A DNA stretch of 64,000 bases from Rhizaria sp. SCN 62-66 (Eukaryota), in NCBI GenBank assembly GCA_001724265.1, contig MEDY01000164.1, positions 62,001 to 126,000 on the forward strand, given 5' to 3'. Shown here one piece after another: positions 48,001 through 60,600 of this stretch. Each line of letters begins with the position of its first letter. The first letter of the stretch is position 1. A program made the position numbers and the translations under genes. Below the pieces are notes generated by a model. It was not told the DNA's origin, did not search any database, and was given only the letters and a program-made list of their open reading frames with translations.

Positions 48001-51000
48001 AGCGCGAGGTTCGCGAGCACTGCGAGGCGCACCAGCTCGGGCCGTTCAAGCGAAGCCACAACCTGTTGAACGGCGGCGCTAGCGCTGGAGGAGCCGCCGA
48101 CGATAACGCTGACGCTGACGCCGGTGGCGCCGACGCTGGCGGAGGCAGGGGCGGGCAAGACGAAGTGCGACACGGGCGCCGCTGACATCAGCATAGCGCC
48201 GCTCGCGGGCGAGTTAATCGCGGCGGTGGTGGGGGCGGCGGTGAGGCTTGGCGTCGGCGCCGCGGTTGCCGACGTCGCCGTGGCAGAGGGGCGACGGCTG
48301 AAGAAGTCCGACAGCTTGCGCTTCAGCAGCCCCGGCGTCGACACCGGCGCAGCCGCGGCAGCGTTGGCGTTGGCGGGGGGCTGTGCGGGGGACGACGGCA
48401 CAGAGCCGCGCGCGCGCGCAGACGCAGAGGCAGAGGCGGGCGCTGCCGCGGTGAGCGATGGCGAGTGCAAGTGCAACGGCGGCGGCGACGGCGACGCGGC
48501 CGCCTTGGCCGGAGCAAACCCAGCCGGTGAGCCCGCGACAGCGTTCGCGGCCGCAGCGGCGTTGCTCGGTGTGGTCGGCGCGCTGCGGTACGCGTTCGAG
48601 TTGGACTGCGCGTGCGCGCGCGACGCCAGCAGCGCCGCGGCGGCCGCGAGGGGCGCGTACGGCAGCGCGCGCAGGCGGCCGGTGGGCCACAGCAGCGCGG
48701 GCACGGAGACGGAGCCAGAGCCAGACATCGAGACTAAGTCCAAGCTTGAACTCGAGCTCACATTGGCGCTAGAGCCAAGCGTAAAGGTAGAGCTCGCGGT
48801 GTTGTTGTTGTTGTTGTTTGTGGCAAGGTCGGCGGCTGAAGCGGTCAGCAGCGACAGATACAGCGGCACCAGCGGCAGGCTCTCGGGCGTCGCTGTGAGC
48901 GCGAGCCGGTCGGCGACGCCCACCGCGGGGGGCTCCCATAGTGAGGAGCCGGGGGACGCAGCAGACCGCGCGGCGACACCAGGCACAGTCAGCGGCAAGA
49001 ACTCGACGTTACCCGCGCTCCTGTCACCGCTGTCAGCGTTTGTCTCCTGCGCATCAGCGGCAGCGGCAGCGGTCGCAGTCTCGGTCGAGGTCGCGACCTC
49101 GACCGCCGCGGCGGCGACGACGTGAGGCGGCGGCAGCGGTTGCGCGCGCGCCTCCCAAGCCACGCGCGCGGCGAGGGACGCAAACCACTCGGGGTAGCCT
49201 GGCGCGGAATCGGCCTCGGCGGCCGCGGCCGCGGCGGCCAGCGCGGCGCCGGTCACCGCGACGGGGCTGGCGCCGACAAAGCTCGCGGCGGGCTGGAGAG
49301 AGCCGGTCGCACCGCTGATGTTGAGTGTTATGCCGCTGATGTTCGCGATGCTGTTGCTGTTGCTGTTGCTGTTGTTGTTGGGCCAGCCGTCCGCGCGCGA
49401 GCTAGGCGGCGCGACGACGACGCGCGCCTGCGGCACGACCGCAGACCCAGCGGCAGCGCTTGCACTAGAGCTGGAAGCGGTCGGGGCGAGCGGCGACGAG
49501 GACGACGAGGAGGACGAGAGCGAGAGGGTGTAGGCCTGTTGACGCGCCTAACCCCGGTCGGCGCTGTTGGCGGCGCTGCTGCTACCGCCGACGACGCTGC
49601 CGCTGCTGGTGCGCATCGGAGACAGCGCGCTCAGGGCGGCGCCGCTCGCGTTCGCAGTGGCGCCGCTGTTGTTGAACATCGGCGGCGGCGGGGGCGGGGC
49701 GCGGCGCGCACCGAGTCCGGGGCTAGCGCCAGGGCTCAGCATCGGAGAGCCGACGAAGCTGCCGCGCGCGGTGCCGGAGCTCTGCAGCGGCGAGCCGACG
49801 AAGCTCCCGCGCGCCGCGCCTGCACCGGTGTTCGCGCCAGCGGTAGCGCCGGCGGTGTTCGCGGAGACGGGGCTGCTGAAACTGGGCCGCGCGCTGCCGT
49901 TGGCGCTGGAGAGCGCGGCGAAGCCCGGGGAGCCGGGCGCGGCGTTCATGCTCGACCTGCGGAGCGCGGCGGCCGCGGCGGCGGCCGCGGCCGCGGGGGC
50001 CAGAGCCGCGATCGCCGCGACGGCGGCGGACGGTGGCGGCGCGGCGCCGGCGTGCGGCGGCGGCGGCGGCGGCGGGGCAGAGCCAGAGCCTGAACTCGCA
50101 GTGATGGCATGGGTAGTAGAGGGGGAGGCGGCGACAGGGGGCGGCGGCGGGGGCACGCGGGGCGGGGGCGAGGCCGGCGTCGAGGCCGTCGCACTAGCGC
50201 CTGCGCTGAGGTTGCCGCTGCTGCTATTGCTGCTGCTAGAACCGCTCGAGCTGGTGCTTGCGGCGGCCGATGTGGGCCTGTTGCGCGAAGCCCGACCCGT
50301 GGCGCCACCACCCTTGCTGCGGAGCGCGGAGCGGCCCGCGCCAGAGAGCCGGCTGCGGTGCTCCCCGCCGAGCCCGCCGCCGCCCAGCAGCGCCGCGGCG
50401 GCGGCCGTGTCGACGCCCGAGGCCACGGAGAACCCGCCGCCCGCGCCGCCGGCGCCGCCGAGGCCCAGCCCCGCCGCGGCCGAGCCGGGGTTGAACGACA
50501 GCGAGAATCTACCGAGCCCGTGCCCGCCGCCGCCGCTGCTGCTGCTGGAGGTGTAGCTGTAGCCCGAGCGGCCGCCGCGGGCAGAGTCGGCGCCGGCTCC
50601 ATAGGGCGGCGACAGCAGCAGCGTCGCGCCCGCGCCCGCCGCAGCGTTGGCGCTGAACGTGTCGAGCTGGGACGACGACGCCGAGCCTGAGCCGATGTTG
50701 TTGGCGCGCAGGGCCGAGCGCTCCGGCAGGAAGACGTTGGCGCCCGAGGCGAGTCTGACCGAAACGACCTCGTCAGCGCGCGCGACGCCGAAGGGCGTAA
50801 AGACGCACGGCAGCGGCGGGTGCGGCGACAGCAGGGCCAGCGACAGCGACGCGTCTGGCGGCGCGAGCGCGCGCGGGGCCGGGAACGCGGCGCCCGAGGG
50901 CGACACGGCGGCGGGCAGCGCGGGTGCCAACGGCGCAGGCCGGCACAGCCAGTCGCGGTACAGCGGGTTGAGCGCGTGCCAGCCGTCGGCGGGCGCAGAG

Positions 51001-52842
51001 TTATCGTCCCAGCCCACGCTTGCGTTGTTGCTGCTGCTGCAGCTGTTACTGTTGCTGTAGCTGTTGCCCGGCGACGCAGGCGTGTTGTAGGCGCCGGGGC
51101 CGTTGCGCCCGCTGTTAGGAGCAGACGAGGACGCGGCGGCGGCGGCGGCGGCGGCGCGGGCGCGCGCGCGGGCGCGGCGGCGGCGCGAGCTGGCCGGCAG
51201 CGGCGTGGGCAGCGGCACGGCGGCGGGCCCGTTGAAGAGCTCGGCGGCCCAGGGACCTGAGCACAGCAGCTGCAGCACAGCCGCCAGCAGCGGACACGGC
51301 AGCGCGGACGGGAACGGCGAGTCGGCCAGCGCAGACGCGTCGCTTGTCACATTCGCCACGCGCACCGCCGCCGCGTCCGCGCCCGTGGTGTTGGGCCCGC
51401 CAGCAGCGGCGGGACTCTTAGCGTCTGCGCTGCTGCTTTGGACGTGCGCCGGCCACATGATGCTCGCGTTGACCGCGGGCTGCGCGTGGGCGTGGTGCGC
51501 CGCACCGGCCCCAGGCCCAGTCAGCGGCGTCGGGGGCGCGGTGACGCTGCCACGCGGCGGCGGCACGGGCGGGGGCGCGCTGCTCGACGTGGGGACCGCG
51601 GCCTGCTTGCTGGCGGCGACTCTGGAGCCCGCGTTGGCCGTGGAGCCGGCGCCCGACGCGGACGCGGACGCGGCGTCGGCGGCTGAGGTGGACTGCAGAG
51701 CTGAGGCGCCGGGGACGAGGTAGGGCGGCAGCGTCATCGAGATCGCGAAGGTCGACGCCGGCCGCGACAGCGACGGAGCGGCCGCGCCGTTGCCGCCGTT
51801 GCCGTTGCCGTTGGCGGCGGCGGCGCTGACCTCGGAGAGCGGGCTCGAGGCGGGCGGCGCGGCCGCGGTGATGGACGGCGACAGAGACGACGAAGATGAT
51901 AGGAACGACTCCAAGCTGAAGGTCATCGCAGGCGGCGACAGCACGACGTTCTGCTGCGGGCCCTCGGTGCCGGTCGTGGTGACATCTGCGTTATCGTCGT
52001 TGGTGTTGTGCTCATTGTCGCTGGGCACGTCCGCGTCGGTGTCGGCGTCGGGCAGCGGCGAGAGCTTCCTGACCCCGCTGCGACTGCTGCGCGCGCCCGC
52101 CTTGCGCCCGCCGCTGCTGCTGCCGCTTTGTGTGCGCGCAACCGAGGGCCGTGGTGTCGCCGTGAGCGCCGCCTGCGACGCGGACGTGGCCAGCGGCTGG
52201 TACAGCGGCAGCAGGAATGACGCGGCCGAGGACGCGAACGACGCCGCCGCCGAGGGCAGGAACGACAGGCCATACTGTGACGGCGACTGCAAAACGGCCC
52301 CGTTGCTCCCGGCCGCCGCGGCGGTGGCCGGGCTGGCGGCCGCGGCCGCGCCGGTGCTGCCGGTCTGCGACGCGGCGGAGGGCCCGCGCGCGGCGGCGCG
52401 GTAGTAAGGCCAGTGCTTGGCGGCGGCGCAGAGGGCCTCGGCGAGGGCGTGCGTGGCGTCGGCGTAGGACAAGTAGAGCTGGCCGGCGATGAGCGCGACG
52501 CGCGGGGACCGGTCGCGGGGAAACGCTCCCGACCACGTGGGCGTGAGCGCGAACGGCGACGCGAACGAGGACGAGAGCTGCGCAGACTGCAACGACGGCG
52601 GCGGCAGCGGCAGTTGCGCCTGCGCCGCCTGAGGAGACGGCGACGGAGACTGTGACTGTAAGGCAGCACTGGGGAGGGGAGCGAGGCAGTGAGCGCAGAC
52701 GATGACATCGGTGTACTGCGCCTGCTGCTGCTGCTGCTGCTCGGAGTCCTTCTCTTCACTCGCATGCCCGCGAACAACGAGGGCAGTCGTCGAGCTCGCG
52801 CTCGCATTCGCATCTGCGCGGTCCGACGCAGCAGCAGCGCCG

Positions 52843-52874
<32 letters not shown>

Positions 52875-55800
52875 CGTTGGCGCAGCGGAGGTCGTAAGCA
52901 CCGTGACGGTCATCAGATCGCCGCGCCCGCGCGGCAGCCCCGGCGCCGCGCACAGCGCGCAGAGCGACGGCGGCAGCGCCGTGTCGCGCGCGAACTGCGG
53001 TGCGAAGAGCGGGAACGGCGGCGTCGGCCACACAGGCTCGTCGCCACCGAGCCCCACACCGCTGGCGTTTGCGCTGCTGCTTGCGCTGCTGCTCGCGCTG
53101 CTGCTTGCACTGTTATTTGCGCTGGCGCGCACGCTGTGGGGTCCGTGCGCGAGGGCCCATGCGCGGCGTTGGTAGTCGTCGTAGCCGCGGGGCAGTGCGG
53201 CGGCCGCGGCGTCTGCAGCCAGGCACGCCGGTGTGAACATACCCGCGAAACTCAGCCGCTGCTGCGACGCGCGCGGCTGCTGACCGCCGCCTCCGCTGCT
53301 GCTGCTGTTGTTGTTCATCCCGGCAGGCGGCGAGAGCGACATGGAGCCACGCGCGGTCGACAAACCCTGCGACTGCGAGGTGGACTGTGAGTGGGAACCG
53401 GGCAGCCCGAGCAGCGACACGGAGCCGGTCCCGGTTCCGGCCACGACGCCCGGTGAGCCCGCCGCGGGCAGCGTCGACGCCGCCGTCACGGTCACACTGG
53501 GCGTCGCTCCGACAGCAGCGCCCGCGCCTGCACTGGCGCTGGCGCTCATGCGAGCAGCGGAGGCGGAGGCTGAGGCGGCAGCGGCGGCCAGCGCGCGCTG
53601 CGCCTCGAAGGGCCGCGAGCAGTGCAGATACGGCACGAACGGGAACCCCGCCATCGGCGTCTCCTGGATGGTCGCCTTGACCGGCGCGGCCGACAGCCCG
53701 CCGACGCCGGCGCCCGCGCCCGGCAGAACCGCGCCGTTGCCGTAGCCGGGCGCCGCGGTGGGGTCCGCGCCCGCAAGAGCCGCGCCCGCGGCGGCCGCGG
53801 CGGCGATGGCCGAGGCCGACATGGACTGCTGCGACAGAGTAGCCGCGGCGCTGGCGTTGGTGGGCGTCGTGTTGCCGACCGCGGCCGACACGATGCTGCT
53901 GCGCCACGGCGCGCTGCTCGCGCCTGCGGCCTTGTCCGCCGCGGAGGCCGCGGGCGTCGCGAGCGAGTCAGGACGCAGCAGCAACGCGACGTACGTCGGC
54001 GTCGCGGCGGGCGCGGCCAGCAGCGCGGCGGCCGCGGCCTGCGACGTTTGCTTGCGCCGGCGGTGCCGCGCAGTCTGCATTGCCACCGCGGCGGCGGCCG
54101 CGTCCGACGGGCCGATGGGCGCGGGCAGCAGCGGGCGGCGGCGCGCGGCCGAGAGCGTCTGCAGCAGCAGCTGCCACACGCGCGACTGCAGCACGTAGCC
54201 GGCGTTGTTGTGGAACGATGCGTGCCCGCCGTCGCCGTGGGTGTTGGATGGCGGCATCAGCAGCGCCGGCGCGCGGTACAGCGGCGCGGGCCGAACCGGC
54301 GGCCGCGGGGGCTGACTGGGGACGAGGCTCTTGCTCTGCGTGAGGACGCTCTGCGCGTGGCCGTGCGCAGCGGCAGCGGGGGGGTTGCTGGCGAGCGCGC
54401 GCGCGAGCAGCGCGGCCTGCGCGCGCGCGTGCAGCGCCGGCGCGGCGGCGAGCAGCGCGAGCGGCGTGGCAGCGAGCGCGCCCGCGAAGGGCGGGAAGAG
54501 CGCGTCTTCAAGCAGCGGAAACGTCGGGTAGCGCCAGGGCCGCGCGAACGACAGCCCGTCGATGGCGGGCGGCGGCGTAATGAGAGTGCACGACACGCGG
54601 CCGCCCGGGAAGGTCAGAAACGGCGTCGGCTGCGTGCGCGTGAACGTGTGGCGGTTGCGCTTGTCAGTCACGGACTCGGAGAAGAAGAGCAGGTGGTGCG
54701 CCACGGTGACGGCGATCGAGGGGTAGATGCGCTCGTCGAGGAACGTCTGGAACGCCTGGGAACCCGTGATGACCTGCAGGAAGCGCCGCGACGCAGCGGG
54801 CTGCGACTTGAGGAACGCGGCGCAGTTGAACGCCGAGTCCGTATCTAACCCGCGGCCGAAGCCGGTGTGCGATGGTGACACCGCGGAGGACGCGCCGGCA
54901 GCTTTCGCGCCCGCACCAGCGTTGGCGTGGGAGCCGGCGTTTGCGGCGTGGGGCTGCGGCGAGGGCTGCAGCGCGCTGTCGGTCGTGAGCAGCGGCGCGA
55001 GGCCCGCGGGCGGCTGCTGCAACAAGCCGGGCGCGGACTCGCTGTGCTTCACGCCGCCGCCGCCCACACCCGCGCCGGGACTCGCATTCGTCGCGACAGC
55101 GGTATCAGTCGCCTTCGCAGAGCTGCCGTGAGCAGCGCCGCTCTCAGCCGCCGTGCCGCTGTCCTGCACCGCGACTGCGGCCATGGCGTCCGCGGCCTCG
55201 GCGGCGGCGAGCGGGGCGACTAGTCCGGCCCAGAGCCCGTCCTTGGCTCCCGGCCGCAGCGCCGCCTCGAGCGCCTTGGCCTCACTGCGGGCAGCCTGCG
55301 CGGCGGCCGCGGCGGCCGCGGACGAGTGCGGCGCGGGGCCCGGCGCGTCGCCCGCAAAAGCCCAGGGCCAGAGCGGGTGGCCCAGGCCCCAGATGCTCGT
55401 GGCCGACGGCGGCACGGGCACCACGGCGCCCGCGGCACCAGTGCCGAGAGTCGCGCTAGAAGCGTTGATGTTGTTGTCGCCCGTCGACGTTGTGCTGTTG
55501 TTGTTGTTGCGCGCGTACCCGGTGGCGGCGGCAAGCGCGAGTTCCTCGACGGCCCGCGTCTGCGCGCGCGCGCGGTCATTGAGCCTGCGCTGCACCGCGT
55601 CCTGCCCCGGCGGCAGCGTGACCGTGAGCCGCGCGGGGTCTAGCCGCCGCGGCAGATGCTCCTGGATGTCTGCCAGGAGCGAGATCTGCGCGCGGAAGAA
55701 GGCGCGGCGCACGACACGGTCCAGCGCGGCCAGCTCCAGCGGCGTCCACACACGCCATTCAAGCCCGACGGTGGTAAGCCACGTCGCCGTCATGGCACCG

Positions 55801-58800
55801 ATCACCGCGGGCGTGAAGGCGGACACGGGCGGGGGCGCGACGCCGGTGCCTGCGAGCGCCTCGGCCGCGGCCTGCGCGGCGGCCAGCGCGGCGGCGCCCG
55901 TGGCCGCGGCGGCGTGCGGCGACTGCGTGGCGCCCAGTCCCACGTTGGCGCTCGACTGCAGGAAGAACGGGTTGCTCTTGACCAGGCGCGCGTCGACCTC
56001 CGGTGACAGCAGGGTTGCCAGCGCCGCCGACGGCACGCGGATACCTGGGCCCGCGCCGGAGGCCGCGGTGCGCGGACTGGCGGCGATCGCGGCCGACATC
56101 GCGGCGGTCGCGGCCGCGCTGGCGTTGCTGGGGCCCGCGGCGGCTGCGGCGGCCGCGGCGCGCGCGGAGGCCGAGAGAGGGACCGCGCCGCCGCCGGGCG
56201 CGTGGCTGGCCGCGGCGGCCGTGGCGGCCGTGATGGGATCCAGCAGCGGCGCCAGAATGCGGTTGTAGTCGCTGTCGGGCACGGTCAGCGGGCCGGAGCC
56301 GATGGCGAGCGGCAGAGTAACGCCGCCGCCGCCGGGCAGCGGGAGCCCGCCCGCCGAGGCGGCACCGAGCGCCTCCGTGTCGACCACGTCGTCGTCGTCT
56401 GGCGGCGGCGCGAACGCGAAAGCCAGGTCCGCGTTGGCGCCGGACCAGCGCACGAGCGAGAGAGGGGAGAAGGCGGCCGGGCCCAGCGTGGCCATGACGG
56501 CCTTGGTGGCGGCCGCGGCAACGACCGAGGCTGCGGCGGGCGACGCGAACGCGCTCGACGGTCCCACCACCGCGGGCATCGCCGCAGAGACAGCGAACTG
56601 CCCCGCGGCGCCCGCGCCCGCATGCGCGCCCGCGCCCCCCGAGCCCGAATGCGAGTTGTTGAGCGAGGAGCTGAAGGGCGAGGTGAGCGGCGCCGTGAAC
56701 GCCTGCAGCGGCGCTGAATACATACTCGTGTCCCGCCCCGCGCGTGCGATGCCGCGGTTGACGGCGGACTTGGGGTCGCGCATCACGGACCCCACGGGCT
56801 CGATCGCCTTGAGCAGCTTCTCGCGCACGCGAGCGGGCAGCTGCACGAGCGCCTCGCCGCCGTGCGCCTGCGCCGTGCCCTGGTCCAGGTGCACGACGAC
56901 GAGCCCGTCGAGCGCGCCCAGGTCCTCGTCCAGGAAGGCCAGCGTCGACGTGTGCGCGCCGATGAGGTAGGGCATGGGCGCCGAGACAAACGAGATGAGC
57001 TTGCGCGGGAGCAGCGGAACATACACGTGCGGCCAGCGCAGCGGGTACAGCAGCAGCAGCAGCGCCTCGCACACAGGCACCAGCAGCGACACGTTGCTGG
57101 AGAGCACGAGCACGCGCCGCTCCTGCATCAGCGCCTCGACCACCGAGAGAACCACGGCCGCGGGCAGGCACTGCAGTAGCGGCAGCGCGGAGACCGCCGA
57201 CGGCTCCAGAGGGTTCTGCGGCGGCGGGCGGTGGAAGAAAATGTTCACGCCTATATAGAAAGAAAAGAAACAACGCAAATGGTCAAAGAGAGACTTGAGT
57301 TAGACGCGTGTCGAGATAAAAAGAATGAAAATGAATAGAAAAGAATATTAAACGAAATAAAATCGTAAAATTGTGTTATTTTCGTGATTTGCGTGAAATA
57401 AATATTCGTGTTACGTACCGGGCGTCACCGTGCCGCCGCCGCCGGCCTTGCCGACGAGGCCCGTGGCCGCCGTGTAGACCGCCAGGCGCGCCAGGAACGG
57501 GTCCGGGCCCAGGTGCGGCAGCGGCATGCGCGAGTGCAGGAACAGCGGCGGCGCGCCACCGGAACCAGAGGCGGTACCCGTGGGGGGCATGAGGGCCGGG
57601 AGCGCGCCCGCCGCGGCGACGGCGTGGTAGCCCGCCGTGTCCGCACCGTTGCCGCGAGGAGAGCGGCGCGCAGTGCTGCTGCTCCCGTTGTTGTTCTGCT
57701 TATCGTCGCCATCATTGTTGTTGTTGTTGTTGGAATCGTCTTGATCGGGGTCGCTGCCGAGGTTTTCGCTGTCGCTGTCGCCGTCGTTGCCGTCGCCATG
57801 GTAGTCATCGTCGTCGCCGTCGTCGTACAGCAGGCCGTCGCAGTACGCCCACAGGTCGGCGTGCTCCTGCTCCTCGTCTTCGTCCTCATCTTCATCTTCG
57901 TCGCCGTCGTCGTCGCCGTCGCCGTCGCCCGACTCGGGGGCACTCGAACGCTTTTTGGAGCCGCCAGCCAGCACCACGGCAGTCGAGTCACTCTTAGCAT
58001 CCTTGTCTTTGTTGTTCTTGTTCTTCCCGTTCCCGTTGCCGCTGCCGTTATTGTTCCCAAGCAGACTGAGCTTCTCCAGCAACGGGCCCATGCCGCGGCG
58101 CACGGCCTCACGCCGCGCCGCCAACACCCGCTGCCCGTGCAGCCTCCGCAGCACGAGCGGATCGAACGAGGACAGGTTGAGCTGCACCCGGGCACCTCCC
58201 AGCGCGGGCAGCGGCGTATCGTGCAGCAGCACGGAGAGGTACCGCTCCAGCGGCAGCGCGCAGGGGGAGAGCGTGAGCCGGTAGAGCTCGATGAGCGTGG
58301 TGCGGAACTCGGCCAGGAAGGGGAAGCATGACAGCAAACAGATGACCTTGGTGGTGTACAGTGTAGGCAGTGCGGGGAGCTTCGCGCGTACGGCCGCGGC
58401 CAGGCGCGGCGACGGCGGCAGACGCAGCCAGGTGGGCAGCGAGCTACTGTTGTTGCTCGCGGCGGCGGCGGCAGCGGCGGCGGACTGAGAGGTGGCCGAG
58501 GTTGACGGCGACAGAGTCGGAGGCGCCAGTCTAGAGCCAGTACTCGCACTAGGATTAGAGCCTGAGGCCGAGGCAACGAGTCCACCGCCGCTGCCGCTGC
58601 TGCTGCTCGCCAGCGCGGCCTTGCCCGCGGCGGTTGAGTTGGTGGGGCTGGCGCAGGCGTGTGGCCCGAAGTGCTTGGCCTCGTACTGCGCCTCCATCGA
58701 GCGCAGCAGCGTGACGACTTCGGCCTCGGGCACAGGCTCCTGGATCACGATGCACGTGCCAAACATGCGCTCGCCGCCCGCGAGCGTGCACGCGAAGTAC

Positions 58801-59612
58801 GACAGCTTGGGCAGGTCGGGCGCGTCCGTCAGCGGCACGCCGCCCGCGGGGACGCAGAAGAGCGAGACCGTGGGAGGCATGGGGTGCGTCGGCCGGTCGC
58901 AGCGCGGGTACCGGTCGAGGAGTCCGCTGCGATACAGCCGCGAGCGCGCGAGCGTGAGCAGCGCAGACTGCAGCGTGCGGCGGTGGTCCAGCAGCGCGGG
59001 CAATAGTGAGGACCCGTGGGGCAGGTCGAGCCGGCCGCGCGCGTCGAGCACCACGCCGGGGCCGAACGCGGCAGAATGAGACGCTGCATTAGCCGCTGAC
59101 GCTGACGCTGAGGTGGGCAGCAGTTGGGACGCAGGGGCGCCGGGCGGGCGCGGCTGCGGCAGCGGCTGGGGCGGCGGAGGACGCCTCGACTGAGACTGTG
59201 ACTGGGCGTTGAGACTAGCAGCGCTGAGGGGGGCGTCCGAGTCGGCGCAATTAGCAGCAGTCTTATTCGCACTGTTCGCGGGGCCGGCCTCGGTGTCGGA
59301 GTCGTTGTCGTTGTTAATATTGTTATCGTTAAGTGGGCCTGCCCAGTAGTCGCAGATGGGCCGCCTCGATACAGCAGAGGCAGCAGCGGCGGCCGCGGCG
59401 GCGTCGGCGTTAAGCTCGTCCTCGTCTTCCGAGTTCACCGACGACGTCTCCGAGCTCTCGTCAATGTCGTCGGTGAAGTCTGCGTCCGTGGGCGCCGCGG
59501 CGGGCCCGCCAGCGTCGCCGCTGTCGTAAAAGACTGGCGAGAGCCCGCGACGGCCGACGGTGACGAAGTACTCGATCAGACGCGGCGACGCGTCCTGGTC
59601 GATCAAGTTCAT
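45036..59612 (-). CDS. DENND4: DENND4/CRAG-like DENN-domain Rab GEF, about 4802 codons, with one in-frame TAG at 49550-49548. Exons 59612-57419 and 57250-45036
   Basis: uDENN (PRLIEYFVTVG; LLDRYP...VSLFCVPAG; ICLLSCFPF), cDENN (ERRVLVLS...YPLRWPHVYVPLLP...APMPYLIG) and dDENN (FNCAAFL...SQAFQTFLDER). After the TAG comes a DENND4-type C-terminal block (CPSC...FVPLL; VPCLPPRVLLLEL; HPTLLWNLLWRLCQLNLP). Stop is TAA. Confidence 0.85.
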
Positions 59613-60600
59613 CACGGAAGCAGCAGCGCGGGAGCGGCGGAGAAACGCGAGGGAGGGAAGAGATAGAAGGCAGCTGCGAGGGCAGGCGCGGCAGCGATGA
59701 GAGCGGCAGCGGCGGCGGCAGCGGCGGGGGAAGCGCGGGCGCGGGCGCTGTCGCGGGCGCTGGCGCGAAAGGGGGAAGATTAAGGCCGGGGAAGGGACTT
59801 AGAGGCGGGAATAGCGCCTGGGAGTGTTAAACAGTCTCTTAGCAGAAGAAATTTCGTTGTGATGCGGGAGTTCCGCAAGGGACTATGGTAGGCACAGTGA
59901 GGAAGAGAGAAGAGCAGGGTCGTTGTTGGAGGTGTGAGTGAAGGGTGCGCGGAACAGCAAAGTAAAGGAACTATACAAGCGTCAGTAAAAGTATAACTGA
60001 AATATGGTATTTCAATAGTGTGCAAATCTCCATATCACGCAATAAATCTGTGTTATCTGTTGAAACCATTGCTCAAAACTCAGGATTGGTGGAGGTCTGT
60101 CCGAGTCAAGCAAGTGGATATCGCGCCTTACGAAAGAGCGGAATACACCCATGTCTTCGTTCCTGTGGTTGCATCGCTAAAGTAAACACAAGAAATCCGT
60201 CGTGTCTTTCCCAAAGATTGTTAAAACATCGACTATTCACGTCGTGTGAGTGTCAAACCGAAACCAAAGACGACCGCGTCTCGGTCGTAGGTTGGCTCGC
60301 GCTGCACCGACTGACTGAGGAGGAGGGCGCTGCAGTCACCGGTCACCGAGTCACAGTCCGCTGCGTAACATCTTCAGCATCAGCATAGTATGGGCTGATT
60401 GGCGTGTGCAATATGTGTGTTTTATTATTAAATTAAGTATCGCACAACGTAGTGTCGTACATAATATACAAATACATTTGAAAATATCTATAATAATTAT
60501 TAAAACCGTTAATCAACAACAATATGATCAGCAGTTCGTCACAAACTGAACAACAACAGAAATGTTGACATGAAGTGCTGTGTGCGTGCCAATCGACACT

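Noticed and set aside
19517-49550. Pyrrolysine or a CARYYA-type readthrough signal at the TAGs
   Set aside because: Pyrrolysine is unknown in eukaryotes, and the 3' contexts (GTA, GTC, GCG) do not match the leaky-stop motif.
137-59079. Many long antisense and alternate-frame ORFs (e.g. 45055-46395, 53622-54848, 55759-57273)
   Set aside because: They are shadows of GC-rich, codon-biased real genes and carry no independent motifs.
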